Of a DNA stretch of 64,000 bases, positions 62,169 through 64,000 are shown piece after piece (within the stretch, counting starts at the first letter, position 1; every line of letters begins with the position of its first letter). The DNA lies in assembly GCA_032718475.1 (NCBI GenBank), contig JAUCBJ010005137.1:62001-126000 (forward strand), written 5' to 3'. Position numbers and translations under genes: made by a program. The DNA comes from Nemertoderma westbladi (lineage: Eukaryota; Animalia; Xenacoelomorpha). The notes under the pieces are model-generated. The model searched no databases. It was given only the letters and a program-made list of their open reading frames with translations, and was not told the origin of the DNA.

Positions 62169-62896
62169 TAGTACTGTAAGAAGCTGATTATTCCCTCAAC
62201 CCGGTAAGGATGGTATTGGTATAAGATAGATTAGTTCAGCCGTGACCTAACGCGCCGAAATACGCACCTAACGCGCCGACAGTTAATATTATCATGATCA
62301 ATTAATTATAAAATGTCAATAAAAGTTTATATACATGTTAGAAAAATAGAATATGTTGTAATGTAAAAAGTTCGTGGCTGGTGGCTGTGGGTGTGTATTC
62401 GAAGGAGGGAGGGGGTTGGGGTATTGAGTTTATGAAGAATATTCTTATTTATAGGCCTATATCATATATCTTATTGCATAATTGAAAGTAAATATAAATA
62501 AAGGCCATACCAAAAGCCAATTAACGCAATTAGCTTAAAATATGGCGATGTGTGAAACTTATAATTTAATGTAAGATTAGTGCAAGCCACGATAATATTT
62601 AACCGGGACAGTAAAGCAAGCTGAGGAAACATTAATCTCCACTATATTTGCATGGCTGCCGTTAGCAGATCAATAAATAATAGCATGCAACGTTTTATAG
62701 GTCTAGTTGCTTTTTAGTTTTTACACAACGAACGAGTAAACCGACTCTTACTGTTTTCTACATTACAACTCTAAACAAGCTACTTTATAGCTTTCGATTC
62801 GATCTACATTTAATGGTATCACAACAGCCACCGTTTCTATAAAATATTACGTTAAAATTCTTATATTATATTAAATTAATAAAATATAAAATAAAT

Positions 62897-63250
62897 TAAA
62901 TTAATAAGTAATTAAACAGGACTAAGGATGATCCAACTCTATAGCAAATGGAGCGGAAAAAATGAATTCGCCACCAGCGGGGATTGAACCCGCGTCTCCC
63001 GATAAACGTTCAGGTATGCTAACCACTACACCACGGAGGCTCCTGCATCTTTCCGATTGATTTGCTATAGGTGGTAAGCTACCTTACGGTTGCTATTGAA
63101 TACAGTCCTCCTTACGGATGGATTTAATCTGTATTATCCGTTTATCGGGAGACGCGGGTTCAATCCCCGCTGGTGGCGAATTCATTTTTTCCGCTCCATT
63201 TGCTATAGAGTTGGATCATCCTTAGTCCTGTTTAATTACTTATTAATTTA
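62897..63250. mobile_element. Palindromic element with 112-bp inverted arms built around a tRNA-like sequence
   Basis: Arms 62897-63008 and 63139-63250; minus-strand 63040-62969 has A box TGGTGTAGTGG, B box GGTTCAATCC and an imperfect acceptor stem. Confidence 0.8.
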
Positions 63251-63553
63251 TACAATCTATGGATGTTAAACACATATACAATAAAATGAATTAAATTAAA
63301 TACGAATTTTCATCCCTTCTTTGAATGAATGTATTATAATGAAAAATCGCCACCCACTGGAATCGATCCCATGTCTACATGTTCACGTCCAGTTGTGGTG
63401 TACATACACAAACTACAACACACGCTATCTCTATAAGTTTGTATCGATTTGGTTATAGTATTGGCGGGATATGGGTTCGATTGCCGAAATTTGCATTATT
63501 TTCGATTTAGCTTGAGTGTTTACGCAAATAGAATCATCGGAAATGTATATTAA

Positions 63554-64000
63554 TTACGTGGAATTTAAAACTTTACAAGGAGTGGCGATACCAACACTTG
63601 ATTTACATTCGGTTTTTACGGAAGATGGATTGAACATGGACTCTAGTTTGGGCCAAGTCTCCCTCATTTGGGACTTCGAATAACCGTGTATGGCTATAAG
63701 GCAGGGCAGGTCGCACAGTGCAAGACCTTGTACATCCGAGTTAATCACCCGAATCTGCGGCATATTAACGGGTATTAAGTTAAACTTCTCTCCGACTATT
63801 CCAACATACGCGTCGTCAATATGAATCTGCTGAGTTTCCTGTGAATATCGAGCCAATAAGAGGACAACGTCCATGGATAGGATGTAGAACCCACCGGAGC
63901 AGTACGGCGGATATAGTTCCCGCGAGAATTCGCTTACCGAAACTTTGTATTTCTCCCAGATTGGCGGTGGATGTCGCATGACCCCGGAATCGATCATTAG
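63554..64000 (-). CDS. 3' end of a GT31 beta-1,3-galactosyltransferase/GlcNAc-transferase (partial)
   Basis: KYKVSVSEF..LYPPYCSGGFYILSMD...IDDAYVG; frame open to window edge. Confidence 0.9.
   Translation of the reverse strand, partial: LMIDSGVMRHPPPIWEKYKVSVSEFSRELYPPYCSGGFYILSMDVVLLLARYSQETQQIHIDDAYVGIVGEKFNLIPVNMPQIRVINSDVQGLALCDLPCLIAIHGYSKSQMRETWPKLESMFNPSSVKTECKSSVGIATPCKVLNST

Noticed and set aside
62969-63040. Functional tRNA-Asn
   Set aside because: Lacks U33, has an acceptor-stem mismatch and is embedded in a palindromic repeat

Overview
AT-rich, TE-dense genomic DNA from an animal (probably an invertebrate; the taxon cannot be determined). 1-16.7 kb holds two copies of an unusual BEL/Pao-type LTR retroelement, apparently one nested in the other. 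ORF1 is Gag plus protease with RT, most RNase H and integrase deleted in-frame. A second ORF in the env position encodes a 1417-aa protein with a WRN/Mut-7/EXD-like DEDDy 3'-5' exonuclease, tandem CCHC zinc knuckles and a basic tail. This is the best candidate for an undescribed system. The 3' LTR of the second copy is cut by the left end of a Polinton/Maverick (PC4-like ORF, N-terminus of pPolB), which is in turn cut by a piggyBac-like MITE. A solo LTR of the same family with a 5-bp TSD lies at 25.5-26.7 kb among Helentron-like satellite-bearing elements and MITEs. Host genes: intronless MLH1, TUSC2 and RNF215-like, an intron-containing tRNA-Tyr, three exons of an SR-type RRM splicing factor whose introns hold CRE, hAT foldback, Gypsy and CR1 remnants plus a 17-bp minisatellite, and the 3' end of a GT31 galactosyltransferase. 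All calls come from reading the sequence by eye; no searches were run.
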